NCBI GenBank assembly: GCA_951406725.2
Contig: OX597815.1
Coordinates: 148,428,001 to 148,492,000 of the forward strand
Reading direction: 5' to 3'
Origin: Octopus vulgaris
Lineage: Eukaryota
DNA length: 64,000 bases
A model generated the notes under the pieces. The model had not been told where the DNA came from, searched no databases, and worked only from the letters and a program-made list of their open reading frames with translations. A program made the position numbers and the translations under genes. Numbering within the stretch: the stretch's first letter is position 1; the number at the start of each line of letters is the position of its first letter. Below, piece after piece: positions 27,715 through 40,897 of this stretch.

Positions 27715-28935
27715 CCTCCTATCCGTGAGTAGTAATGCTATAGTTTACCTGAGATGCTCTATGCATTTAAGCATGTTGAATTTCATCGAATGCCTTCCGT
27801 CAGAATAGACGCATTTTGCAGCAATACCCAAGTCTCAGATTTGTTACCACTTTTGGAATCCGAACTGGAATCTCAACAACGGTGTTAAAACCGTAACCTG
27901 TGATTTGCATTTTCATCTTGGAGTAGAGATATAAATCCGCAGATGCTAACGTGGTGAATGCGGTGGATATGGAAGTGATATGTTGTTTTTTTGGCGGGTA
28001 AATCACATGTGAGGAGAGCTTGGTGACGGGATGTATTGTTATCATAAAGAATCCAATTGGTCGCGCCCCACAGATCCGGTCGCTTTCGCCGAATGACTGC
28101 CATCAAATGATTCAAAACGCCGCAGCAGAACTCTCAACTGACAGTTTGACCCTGGCGGACGAATCGTCGATACCACAGATGTTGCAAACAACGGTAAGCA
28201 TGCTCTTGATTGTGCTGCAGCTCTGTCGTGCCTTCTTGGGTCGTGAAGATGAAGGCATCTCCTACTGTCATAATTGATGCTTCGTCTGAGGGTCGTACCC
28301 CTATACACAATTCTCGTCCCCGGTGACGATCCTCGGCATGAAGGATAGTTCATTAGCGGCACGCTGACGGAATTCTTTATAGACTTCCACTTTATGTTCT
28401 TTCTTTTTTGTGTGTCAGCAGGTCGGTGACCGAATTGGCAGAGAAACGTCGTATGTTCAATTCAAACGTTAAGATTACCTGCACGGGCACAAACGACAGA
28501 CCAACCACATCAGAAATGTTGTTGATTGTTTCCCGACGATCGTCGTACACAAGCTGACATAATTTCTCCCCAGGTCTTACTCATCGTTCATCGTCTTCTA
28601 GTGACGTACTTCCGCTTTTGCCACTCGAAACGCTGCGTACGAACCCATTGCCTCGTTACGGTCCACTTGCCGGAGCATACGCAATGTCTCTTTAGCAGAT
28701 ATCCAAAGTTTAACGCAAAATTTCATATTGGCTCTTTGTTACAATATCAAAATCAGAGACAACAGTATACAGGTAATCAGAAAAACAAAAATTTCACAAC
28801 TTGCGAAGGAAACACAACAATGCCACTCTGTACACTGCCTGATGAGAATCACTGCTAGCCCTCGCTGTGCATACAACCGTGTTCCGCCATTTGTTGGCGC
28901 GTTACAGTCCGGGAAAATTTTGATACCTCCTAGTA
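27715..28935 (-). mobile_element. Degenerate near full-length mariner
   Basis: Minus strand: ggaggtatcaaaattttcccggactg end, IKFCVKLG-like N-terminus, IVTGDENCVY-YDPQTK, IRRKRPDLWGATNWILYDNN and DLYLYSKMK. Confidence 0.8.
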
Positions 28936-30043
28936 TGTTCTTCAAAGCCAACATATTCAGGTTGGAGATTAGTGAAGTTAACAGTGGTGTAGTATTACCA
29001 TGTATTGTGCTACAATGTATAGAAATATATAAAAACAATTCGAAAACTCAAATGACATCTTGCATAATATTTAATGTACGATAGCCTTGAAGCTGTTGCT
29101 ACTTTTTTATATTTTAGCCATGGAAACGATTTGTATCATAGAGTAAAATAATGAAGTAATATTCGAATAGTGGCTTCTGTGACCAGTACTTTCATAACCG
29201 CAGTCAGTGACGTTCTCATATAATTTTGGATGATGTTCAAATGCTATCTAGTTAGAAGTATGTGCCAAAATATCCTTAATTCGATGCATTTGGTAATGTT
29301 TCAAAAGGTGACTTGCTGTTCTCTAACTCATATAATTAAATATTCCGTTTAATCCAAGAAATATATTCTCGATGTCTCGTATTGTAAACAAGATGCTTGT
29401 GTCACCTTATACAAACATGTTGCATACAAGGTAAGAATGTCGTCAGTAAAATGTAGCCTGTTAGGCAAATAAGAAAACTACTGTTTGTTTTTTATACGAA
29501 ATGGGATAAAATGTAGATTAATATTTTATCACGGAAGAAGAAAATGTAATAATTACAATCATAAGTAAAGAATGGAGTTACAATGAATAAAAAATGCCTC
29601 TTTCATTTGGTTATATTCCTAGGTATTTTTGATTCTATTTGTCTCTTATGATACGATAAACTTTTCGAAAGTGACTTAGTTTATAGGTCTGTTTTATATA
29701 TATAGCTGTAGCATTACATTATAAGACGTGGCCCTATAAAGTAACAATCATGCTCTTGTCGTTCTATCCAAACTTGTACGTTTCTCTAATATCTATGACC
29801 TGGCATTTCAAGCATTATAGAATATTGACAACCATGTCAATAAACAGCGCTGTTTCCTTTCCTATTATTGCGTCATGTATTGTTTAAAATCTTATAAATC
29901 ATATCATGCAAGAATCATACACGATTTCTAAATTTAAAATACATTAGGAGTGAAATTTAAAGAATCGCTGATGCGAAGAAATAAAATGTTCACTAGTGAC
30001 ACTGCCATTAGTAAATGCAATGACGACCTCCTCCTCCTCCTCC

Positions 30044-30075
<32 letters not shown>

Positions 30076-32068
30076 TTATTTTTTTTCTTCTTCTTCTCCC
30101 CACTCCTCTCCCTTCTTTTTCTTTTTATCTTTCTCCTCCTTTTCCCTCTTCTTTTTATTTTATATTTTATTATTACTAATTACTATCATCATCGTGTCTG
30201 TACATCTATGCACAGAAAATACACCTCGAGAGCGCAAAGTTTGTACGTGAAGATATTTAAAATAGGATTACAACAAACTACGCTGTGGCTCCTCCTGCAG
30301 CCGTCATCACCGCACCCCTACTACTACTACAAGCAGCAGTAGCAGTACTACTAGTAGTAGTAGTATTTTGACATGCAATAATTATGATGCTACAATGATT
30401 TCTGGTAAAATTCTATCATTCTTTTGAGTCTGTATTCTGTGTTTTTATTATTGAACTCATACAAGATGAAAGGCATTCCAGCCATAAGAACGCCATCATT
30501 ATACAATGGGTACATTTTTCTTTTTCAAACAATAAAGTGTAGTTTGCGGAACGTTTGGCTGAGCTGCTATTTCAAACCAGTCGAACTACCACGTAAATGT
30601 TATTCCCTGATAAGCATTCAACGTGATCCAGTCGAGATGTTTAGCATAACTGACTTAATGATGGTGTAAAAGAGAAGTTGCGAAGTGAAACACATTCAAC
30701 TGGAATTTAAAATCTAACGAAAAAAAAAAGCAATTCAACTTGCGTTGGCCTTGTCGTCACTGTGTGAGGTTCAGCAGCATTAATAGTGATGCTAAATAAC
30801 ATCAAAGAAATGCGAAAGCTAAATGAGCTAAATCCAACATAAATGATATCGTTCCTTCGCACCCTCTCTACGCAAAACTCGCAAATGAAAGAAGTTGAAT
30901 TACATGTGGGGAAATGTTTGAAAAAGCGACAGGGAGTTTAAAGGATTAAATTGTAATGCTTTGTTGTTCGTTCCGGCTGTCGTTGTTTTTGCTGTGATAT
31001 TGTTGTTGCTTTGTCACTACTGTATTGGCAGACTTATAAAGAATGGCATTCTGCCAAGGTTTAACCTGCCACATGTGTATCCTATGCTGCATTATCGAAC
31101 ACGTACTTTAAAAAAATTTTAGGATGTGGTTCTAGTGAGCTACAGCCGCTGTTTCTGGAAGACAGGGTTCACATATAGACTTCCCCCTTTGACTATTTTG
31201 ACGGTACGAGATATAATGCGTGTGGTAGTGTTCGTGTTGTTATGTTGTATGTATTTTGATATGCAAGCAACACCGTGTGACAGGCGTCGATCTATGACAG
31301 TGTTAGCAGATTCCTTTCTGACAATTGCTTTGCATACGTCAATAGTTGGACCTCATTAAATATATTAGTGTGGATTTCATTTTCACAAGTTTGGAGCCAC
31401 TGAACGTTTTGAAGTTATTCGAGTTATATCTAATGATTCATAGTAGAAGGAATTGAAAAGGAATCGCATGTACAGCAATGGTTCCTATTTTGTATACACA
31501 CACACACTCACACACACACACACACAGAGGAAAATAGTCTTGAAATGAAAGAAATTGCTATCACGTTTACACAAAAGCAAATTGGGTGAGTAAAATAAAC
31601 GACATAAAAGTGCATAAACTAATCTCATAAATGGTCACTACAAACCAACAAAATTCATCTACATTTAAGCTTAGGATACTCGGTCCTGTAGATTCTAATA
31701 TGAAACAAGAAAATTACGAAGCGAATATCTTAAGCACCGTTGTGTCTGCGTCTATTCTTGACATAGAATACAATGATTACATCGAATTAAAGAACATATC
31801 ACCATATGTTCCATTTTTCTTAACTGAGAGGAATCGTTAGAATTGCATATATAATGGCAGAAACGAAAAATTAATAGGGGGCCCATTCATATAATAATGT
31901 TAATTATCATTAGGTAAGATTTAAAGCAGTAGTAAAATAGGCCGATTTGATTGAGAGAATGAGAAATAGTAGACAACAGTAGACATTTAATGTAAGCTTG
32001 AGCTTAAAACAAGCGATGAACTGAAAGTAGGGGAATGAATTCACGATCAGCACCGTATTATTGCTTAA

Positions 32069-32290
32069 GGGCGGCGAGATGGTAGAATCTTTTGCATTTA
32101 GGACAAATATTTAGCGGCATTTCTTCTCTCAGTTTAAGTACTGAATTCAAATTTTGCTGAGGTCGATATGGCTTTTCCTCCTATCGGAATCGATAAAATA
32201 AATCCCACTTGAGAAGTTGTCAATGTAATCATTTAACTACTTTCCTCTAAATTGTTGGCGTCTTTTTTTAATCAAAAATTGAAACCATTA
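32069..32290 (+). mobile_element. Degenerate SINE (ggcggcgag family)
   Basis: ggcggcgagatggtagaatc...gaattcaaattttgctgaggtcga...tcgataaaataa. Confidence 0.65.
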
Positions 32291-33991
32291 AATTGCATTT
32301 AATCAATATATAACAGGTAGAAGGTTTGTTAGACAGAAATTAATGTTAAACCATAAAAGATAAAGAGAAATGAATTCTGAGGAAGTTGAATATACATATA
32401 CATGTGAATAAAGGACCACTTTAGAGCACATCAAATGAATAAATATCCGAGGAGGAGGGGATGATAGTTAAACATATTAGAACTTAAGAAATGTCAATAT
32501 ACGTTGATCAGTTGTGAAGCCAACTGTATAAAAATGGACATAGTAGTATGGATTTGGAGGATGTCATCGGGAATGCAGATATAGATAATATTAAGCAGGA
32601 TTTTAAAACACGGTTGATGAACATTATCTAGCACAACCGATTACATTGCAATCTCTGGAAAACTATAATTGGGATTAAATTCGTCATCGCATCTTTCGAT
32701 TGTAAGGCTGTACAATGGATTTTTAAAGAAGAATTTAAAGAAGGATCTAAAGAAGAATTTTATAGAAAATTGTGCAAGCCAATAAATACAATTAAAACGA
32801 ATCGGAACAATTTCGTTTTCTCATAAACATTCCGCAGTGTGCTTTTGGCTGCCCTCTTCTTCTCCACCACACACGTAATGAAAATATCATAAAATATGTT
32901 GAATTATATGCTCAAGGACAAACCATTACGACAGTAACAACAGAAGTTAAACAGATTGCCATTTACAATATACAAGTCATAATTTCAATTATTTTACAAG
33001 ACCTATAATTTAGCAGTTTAAGATATTAAAACTGCCATTTTATTATTAAATGCATGTTTTCTATAGCATATTTGATATCATGATTGTTTTATAACGTTGG
33101 CATTTGATGTTTCCAGAAAGCCAATGAAATTTTTCAATCGGTTTTTCATTTTTCAATAAATGACAACTCCTTAATTATTGTATTGGATATTAATGTATTT
33201 CAGAAGTATAAAGAACATCTTTAATGCAAATATCATGCTTAATTTTATAAATATTGTTTTCTGATCAACGCAATTGCATTTCTTTTCAGTTTTCAATTTA
33301 TAGAAACATTCTTGTGACTGATAGTAGACATACAGCCGAATGCATAAATACATATACACATGCACACACACACACACGCATCTCTGTGCGTGCGTGTGAA
33401 TTATATGTATCTGTATGTATATGCCTCTTATCAAACATGCTGCGTAATGTAGTTACACTTCACTGGTCAAAATGCGCTTCGTATTCTTTCTTGATTGCGT
33501 ACTTCATTTTAATTTTGGAAAACAAAATCATTTAACTAAAGCGTCGTCCCGCCATTGGGGATCTCTTCCACATTACCTTTATATATCTCTTAAACACCAT
33601 TGTACAGCTGCATATTTCTTGTGTCTGTAAAGCATACGTCATGTTTGGCACAGTAGATCTTATGCCTTTGGTCTTCTGCAATTTGTTCATCTATTCCATT
33701 CCATTCACGAATTATTTCGGATTTGCCCTCACTTTGACATTACTAGGATAGGTCATACTATCGCCCTTTGCGTCGAGGACACCTGATGTTATTCTCACTT
33801 CTTAAGCAATCAGAAGAGCGTCTCTTCTCCCAACACATTAACGCATATGTAGAAATGGCCATAAGAGAATCTTTCTGGACAGGTGGTGCAAACATTCTTC
33901 TTCTTCTTCTTCTTCTTCTTCTTCTTCTTCTTCTTCTTCTTCTTCTTCTTCTTCTTCTTCTTCTTCTTCTTCTTCTTCTTCTTCTTCATAC

Positions 33992-34095
<104 letters not shown>

Positions 34096-34097
34096 TT

Positions 34098-34224
34098 TAT
34101 CCAGGTCACTGCCTGGAATCGAACTCAGAATCTTGGGGTTAGTAACCAGCGCTTATTAACCATTATGTCATATGACCGTCGGCATATGACGTAGTGGTTA
34201 AGAGTTCGTATCCAGGCAGTGACA

Positions 34225-34230
<6 letters not shown>
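34098..34230. mobile_element. Head-to-head pair of ~85-nt tRNA-like short elements with (TAA)n tails
   Basis: Minus copy: catatgacataatggttaa...ttactaa...gagttcgattccaggcagtgacctgga. Plus copy: ggcatatgacgtagtggttaagag[del]ttcgtatccaggcagtgacatgaataat. Confidence 0.7.
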
Positions 34231-34274
<44 letters not shown>

Positions 34275-34302
34275 TATTATTATTATTATTATTATCATTA
34301 TT

Positions 34303-34914
34303 CAGTAGTTTTATTTTTATTTTTATAGCGTGCTTTCACTTCACTACCGAGCGCAGCTCTGTGTGCCTTGGGTATGTGCTGTGATTGGTTGTGATGCTCT
34401 GATGGTTATTGTATGGAAAGTGTTCTGCGTAGGATGTGTGCAGTGCCTAGTAGTGCAATTTTCTGTATGTTATATGTGTTTGTAAGTCCTGGTGTTTTTG
34501 TTATGTATTTTTCTGAATATTTTTTTGTCATGCCTAATGCACCTACTATGATAGGAATTGTTTATGTTTTCAGATTCCACATTCTAGTTACCTCTATTTC
34601 CAGGTCTTTGTATTTTGAGAGTTTCTCCATTTCTTTTAGAGACACGTTGTCATCTGCCGGTACTGATACATCAATTAGAAAGCATTTTTTTTCTTCATGG
34701 TCTCTGACAACTATATCTGGTCTGTTGGCCTTAATTTCTCTATCTGTGTGTATCGGCATATCCCAGAGTATGGTTGCTTTCTCGTTTTCTGTGACCTTTT
34801 CTGTGTGCCTATACCATCTTTTTTCTGTTGTTATTCCATAATGTTGGCATAGCTTCCAATGTATGTAAGTTCCAACTCTGTCATGTCTGTGAATATATTC
34901 CTTCTTAGCCAGGA

Positions 34915-34915
<1 letters not shown>
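34303..34915 (-). mobile_element. 5'-truncated Dong/R4 copy, same family as 14945..16994
   Basis: MPIHTDREIKANRPDIVVRDHEEKKCFLIDVSVPADDN...EKLSKYKDL, a matching 3'UTR, and (TTA)n on both flanks. Confidence 0.92.
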
Positions 34916-34989
<74 letters not shown>

Positions 34990-34995
34990 CAGAAA

Positions 34996-35520
34996 TGCCC
35001 TGATGCAGTACCAGACATTCGCTTTCATGGATTCTAATCTTAATTGATTGGAAGTGTTATCATGTACATTGTTTTGTCTTGGTATAAAAGATGGGCTACA
35101 GCAAATATTCTACTTAATACCACACATTTGCTTGTCAGTAGTTTGACATTTAGCAGTTGAGCATGTCCCTTAGTGGCTGGTGATATGTGCATCTGCGATC
35201 ATCAGCAGAAATAGTGGAGGAGCATCATAGCCGTGTGTTGAAATGAATTCTTACAGGTTGGGATAATTCACCTTTGGAAACATGGGTGATTTGTTCAACA
35301 TCCTTAAACAATCCTTATTCAGGAACCTTTTGAGCAGGATGGTCTACTCGACCAGAAGAAAATTCTAACAGGGCCACACCCGCAAGCTCATGCCGCGCAC
35401 ATATTGTTGTAAGGCATGTACATGGTGTATCGTTATCAGACGGGTAGTCATGATGAGTATACTGGGCTTTGTATATTTTACCCCAGCATCACTTTTATGG
35501 CATGCACTACACTCTCACTC
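34996..35520. mobile_element. ~520-bp non-coding repeat embedded in TAA/TTA arrays (copy 1)
   Basis: gccctgatgcagtacc ... gcatgcactacactctcactc. Inverted homologues at 47831..48331 (full) and 44775..45046 (partial). Confidence 0.8.
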
Positions 35521-35572
<52 letters not shown>

Positions 35573-35583
35573 TTAATAATAAC

Positions 35584-35648
<65 letters not shown>

Positions 35649-35715
35649 TAACAACAACAACAACAGCATCGAAAAATACTTTAGGAATGAGAACCCAGTT
35701 ACGAAATTTCACCAA

Positions 35716-35761
35716 GACACCTGATGAAAGCTGTGGGGTATATCAACCGAAATGTTGTGTT
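35716..35761 (+). ncRNA. Minimal hammerhead motif, canonical core, slightly decayed (Penelope-like pLTR relic 35665..35815)
   Basis: gacac-CTGATGA-a-agctg...caacc-GAAA-tg-TT-gtgtt. Confidence 0.6.
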
Positions 35762-35876
35762 AACGACGAACAAGATGATGAGAAATATCCGCCAACTGTA
35801 AATAAGGTAATAATGTATATACAAGAATATATACATTATCCCCGTGCACATATGAATATATATACATATATATTTT

Positions 35877-35945
35877 GTTGCGTCTTGCAACCTTTTCAAT
35901 AGACAAGATTATTGAAAAGGTTGCAAGACGCAACGAAACCTTTAG
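35877..35945 (+). ncRNA. Perfect 25-bp inverted repeat whose right arm carries a hammerhead-like motif with U3:A8 core
   Basis: Arms at 35877-35901 and 35910-35934. Right side reads ta-TTGAAAA-g-gttgc-aagac-gcaac-GAAA-cc-TT-ta. Confidence 0.55.
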
Positions 35946-36038
35946 GAAAATAAAAATAAGTAATAAGTGGAATTTTTTACCGGTGAGTGTGTTGCATTAT
36001 AAGGCACAAAAAGAAAATTACCCTCCGTTGACATAACG

Positions 36039-36089
<51 letters not shown>

Positions 36090-36382
36090 TATATATAAAA
36101 ATATATATAGACTATATATATAAAAATATATTTAAATTTCTATAAATAAGAATAAGATCGTTAATTTAAAATAAATTAACGATCCTATCTAGTGGCCAGC
36201 ATGAAAAAAGGTAACCTTCAAAGGTAATAATTATTAAAATTATAAATTTGGGTATGTAAGAGATACCGCACTGCTGAAAATAGCAGCTATGATCTGACTC
36301 CAAAAACAACCTTAAGTGATTATATAACAACATGGAGAGAAGACTAAGAGACAAGATGAAGCTATTAAATAATTACTGAATA

Positions 36383-36441
36383 ATTCCAGATACCGGATTT
36401 CTGACTTTGCATTTAGTAACGCTTTGCCTCATCAGTGGAAT
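36383..36441 (-). ncRNA. Type-I hammerhead motif, canonical core
   Basis: Minus strand: attcca-CTGATGA-ggc...gtca-GAAA-tccggta-TC-tggaat. Stem I is 6 bp, the loop has a ccgg palindrome, and stem II is imperfect. Confidence 0.65.
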
Positions 36442-36457
36442 ACACACAGATAGAATC

Positions 36458-36502
<45 letters not shown>

Positions 36503-36697
36503 CAACATACGAAAACTTACATATACGAACGCATACATACATATATATGCATGTATGCTTCAGGACCATTTCAAAATTCCCGCTCAATACACATTTCGAC
36601 TCTTATAGAAAACAATTGTTGGTTTGTTTATATTCATATACATGTAGTTTTCCATTTAGCTTTGTAGCGCCTAAAATTGGTGGCTAATTTTCCAGCG

Positions 36698-36770
36698 GGC
36701 AGTTTAGCTTAAAGATAAAGCACTGGCCGGTGATTTCAGGGGATGTGGGTTCGCGTCCCATGTCTGTTAA
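36698..36770 (+). pseudogene. tRNA-like sequence (SINE head or tRNA pseudogene)
   Basis: ggcag-tttagcttaaagataaagc...gtgggttcgcgtcccat-gtctg. A/B-box-like with a T-arm, but the anticodon arm is imperfect. Confidence 0.45.
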
Positions 36771-37034
36771 CAAATTTGTTCTTTTATGTATGGGTTCCTA
36801 CCCAATGTTTCTGCTGTTTCAACGTCGAAATTAAATTGTCATCTTACGTATACACACTCACACACACACACATACACACATACACACACACACACACACA
36901 CATATATGTGTGTGTTTGTATATGTGTGAACAAGCGCGTGTGCACGTTTTCTCTTGTTTCCCATGTACCCTTGCAAGGTCACAATTTTAAATGTTCAAAC
37001 ATATACTTGTTATTATTCTCCGTGATATCCTAGA

Positions 37035-37218
37035 AGGCGCCGTGCTCGCAGAAACGTTAGCACGCCGAGCGTAATGCTTGGCGGTATTTCATCTGTCTTT
37101 GTGCTCTGAGTTCAAATCCTGCCGAGGTCATCTTTACCTTTCATCCTTTCAGGATCGATCTAATCGACTGGCACCCTCCCCCAAAATTTCGGGCCTTGTA
37201 CCAAGAGTAGAAAATATT
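37035..37218 (+). mobile_element. SINE (ggcggcgag family), internally deleted
   Basis: aggcgccgtgctcgcagaaacgttagcacgccg...gagttcaaatcctgccgagg...cccccaaaatttcgggcc. Confidence 0.75.
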
Positions 37219-39548
37219 ATGCTGCCTTATTCTTTTGTAACTCTTAATTTACGGTGGAATTAAACAAAGCATCACTATTTGGGATGTAATGGCAGTGACA
37301 AACACACACACACATGTGATGAGATATTCGCATATATCTACGCAACGTGATTCCACGCAGTTTCTGTCAAATAAATTAATTCACCATGTATTGAGCTGTC
37401 TTGGTCCATTTTGGAACACGCTTGTCCAAGGTTTCTGCGCAATGGAGCTGAAGACAAAACTACAATTTATATCATCATCTCTAGTGATTTAAAACAGAAA
37501 TTATATAACAAATAACCCCATTTAAATGCCAGTATATAATCGTGCGTAATATTGTACTCGTATTATTTCGTATGAGTATGGTGTCAGAATGTTACAGTTT
37601 ACATGTAGAATATAATACAAATCATGAGTGATTGCTTATAAGTTACTTAATCGCTCACTATCAGATACATTTCATTAACAAATTGGTTATTTGTTATATA
37701 AAGTAAATCACCCAATGAAAATTCATTACAAAATACTCATAGACATCTGTTATTTAAGTGTAAAGTTATTGGATTGTTTGAATGATGAGAAGAGCAACAA
37801 ACGAAAAACATCGGCAACCAGTGTTGAATTAAATTAGTGAAGTATTTTGTATTTTGATTTAATTGGGAAGTAAGACACACAATCCCATCTTTTAAAACTA
37901 CAATAGTGTAACACCTTTTGCCGGGAGCAGTATATGACAATGCTGCTGTAATTTAGTTAAGGGCTGAAACACTACCTCCGTTGATTAATATTTCCTTTAT
38001 ATGATTGGTATGATACTTGAAATAAAAACGATTCTTTTAGTACGGATAGACGATCTTCCTTGATGTAATATGTATTGAATCATGATCATTCAGCGACAAT
38101 TTCCAGATGAAAGATGCAAAATTTGTCCCCTAATATTTTGTTGCTAATAAAGTTTATCTTCAAAGGATAATCCAACACCTTTAATTTGCAGTTCATTAAA
38201 ATCTAAGGGTATGAAAGTGCCTGCTTCTAATCAGCTCCAAAATTTCAAAAAAATTGTTGCTGAATAAAATTGAACTCATTAAGGAGCGGACAGTGTGGTG
38301 AAGCCTAAATCACTTTCAGAGTATAAATACTCCTATAAATTTTAGTCTTCCAAAAAAGCACGTGATGCTTGTAGCGGGGTAGGAGGTTGAAAAGCTAGTT
38401 ATGATATAACTTTTTTTTATCCATTCAAATAACCACGCCGAACTAAATAGGAGTTAACTGGGGTTTAATTTCCTGCAATTTTGCCTTGAGAGATCGGAAA
38501 AGGCATCATCTTTTCCCTTCTTAAAAACAATAAACTAGCACGCAAATTGAAGTTAAATTACATTTATGGAACAATAAGTGAGAAATGCTTTGCCAAGAAA
38601 GAAATTTCATTGCACAAGACAATAAATAAAAATGTGATAGAGCTAATTTTAATTATAATAACCAATAAAACCTTTGACAAACTTTAAAAACAAATTTATC
38701 GGTATGATAAAAAGACAATTAGCGATTTTTGGAACACGCTTAGAAATATGCATGAAATTAACAAAATAGCCGAATTACGGAATGAGATGATTCCCTCAAC
38801 TCGACATGACTTTTGCCGTTAAAATGGTGAAACTGTACCGGGGAATCAATATATAGCAGAGAGATTTTATAAAGGAAAACAAAATGGTTTTAGTATTTGT
38901 AGATGATGTGTCGACAGGCGAGAATGAAACGGATGCTATTTTAGGCTACCATACAGCAATTGTCTCAAATTTGAACCTAAAATAAAATCTCTACCGACGC
39001 ACACTCATTGACCTAAAAATAAAATGACAGCTTCAGTTAAGATGGTCTCTAAGTGAATTGGGGCAACGCGTGCATTTTTCAACAGAATTATGGCAGTGGA
39101 GGCTACTAATGAAAGCGGTAAATGAGCTGTACAGTGCAAAGATTAAGCTTCAAATTAGATAACATACAATAGTGGCACATACGACATGTATTGAATATGA
39201 TGCTCCACAGGGCAGAATATAAAGCCACCTATCCACACCGAAATTATAATTTAACCACCTACCATAGCAGAGTATTCAACATAAATTAGGGTAAATATTT
39301 CTCTAAAAATATAATGGCCTTCATATTTCATTTCTAAATCCAACCAATCCAGAGTTTTATTTAAAGATAATCAATTCTGATTCCTTGCTATGATATGCAT
39401 AAACATCTACATAAAACCAAAACACGAATATTTAGTGATACTACAGCAGTCGTCATCGAGATCATAGCAGGCGTTAAAGAGCACAAAACGTTTTCCCAAT
39501 GCTCAATCTCAGTGCTAATGCAACATTTATTTCTTTTTTCCTTTACAG

Positions 39549-39568
39549 ATTGTTTTGATGAAAAGTAG
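39549..39568 (+). CDS. Candidate terminal coding exon tip ((x)CFDEK*) followed by AT-rich 3'UTR
   Basis: gctaat branch site, then tttatttcttttttcctttacag|ATTGTTTTGATGAAAAGTAG. Several AATAAA at ~39646-39725. No homology support. Confidence 0.25.
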
Positions 39569-39896
39569 CATCTGAGTATATCTAATGAAAAGAAGAGCTG
39601 CTGAAATTGATTTTCTGTTGACTTTAAATACGAATTGGAAATAACAATAAAGATATTATACCAATATTAATAACTAAAACAATAAATTTATGCTACTCGA
39701 CTTGTATTGCTGTAATTCAAATAAAAACAGAAAGAAAAAAGAAATGTTATGTCTAATCAATATAATACGAAAAATAATTAACTAAAAGGAACAAACTTCC
39801 AAAAATTAAAAATAAATAGCAGCATTATTAATTATTATTGCAAAAATAGTTTTTGATATTTTTGTACTCCAAATATATTTATTTTTAATGTATATG

Positions 39897-39965
<69 letters not shown>

Positions 39966-40815
39966 TATTTGTGTGTGTGTCTGTATGCAATATTTTACTA
40001 TTTTTGAATGTTGCAAAAGTCTCCTGGAATTAATGCTTTTTTGAATATTTCAGATCATGGGCAATTTTATAGAAATATATTATTCTCAAATGGAAATATC
40101 AAAACCCAAAATTTCAAATTGATAGTACATTGGACAATAAATGGAACGGTTTATTATATTTCGTTTCGCTATCAAATGAAAATCAATAATAATCATAAGT
40201 TCTCAAAAGAGATTTTTTGTTCAAAATCAAAATAAACACTATATAAAAAAATACATCACCGAAGATTCTAATATTAAAATAAGATAAATTGAAATACAAG
40301 GATATAAATTCTTAATTAGTCTTTAGAATATTGCAACTAAAGCATCTATCATTGTTTTGAATCTACTTTAATTGATGTTTATTATATTGTCATATTTATA
40401 ATGTTCGGCTCATATAATATATAATTATTTTAATAAAATGTTATACTGCTTAGTATTTCTGTTTTATAACTCGATTGTTCTTGAAATATATAAGAGTATT
40501 AAATAGGAGAAAAAGTGATGCTAATATTTTTGCTGCAGTTACTTTTTGCTGTTTGATATTACAATAAACGCTATTACTTCAACTGCCGACGCTGCCATAT
40601 ATAAAAATATAAAAGGAAACACAGAAATTTTATAGTTTGAACAACGAAGCGCACATCAAATGATAAAAATTACGAGAGTTATTAAACGGTGATCTAATGG
40701 GATATTGTATGAGACTATGATTAAAAATAATTTTGATGATTTTGAATATGCACAAACGGTCTGCATTGATAGCGATAACGTTAATTGGAATGCTAAAGAA
40801 AATATAATAGTAATA

Positions 40816-40895
<80 letters not shown>

Positions 40896-40897
<2 letters not shown>

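Noticed and set aside
31123-31203. Possible exon after tttttag
   Set aside because: The acceptor is purine-rich, the donor is weak, and the product is not recognisable.
38100-39250. Ancient LINE relic suggested by LVFVDDV at ~38890
   Set aside because: It is a single motif without other recognisable RT blocks, too decayed to call.
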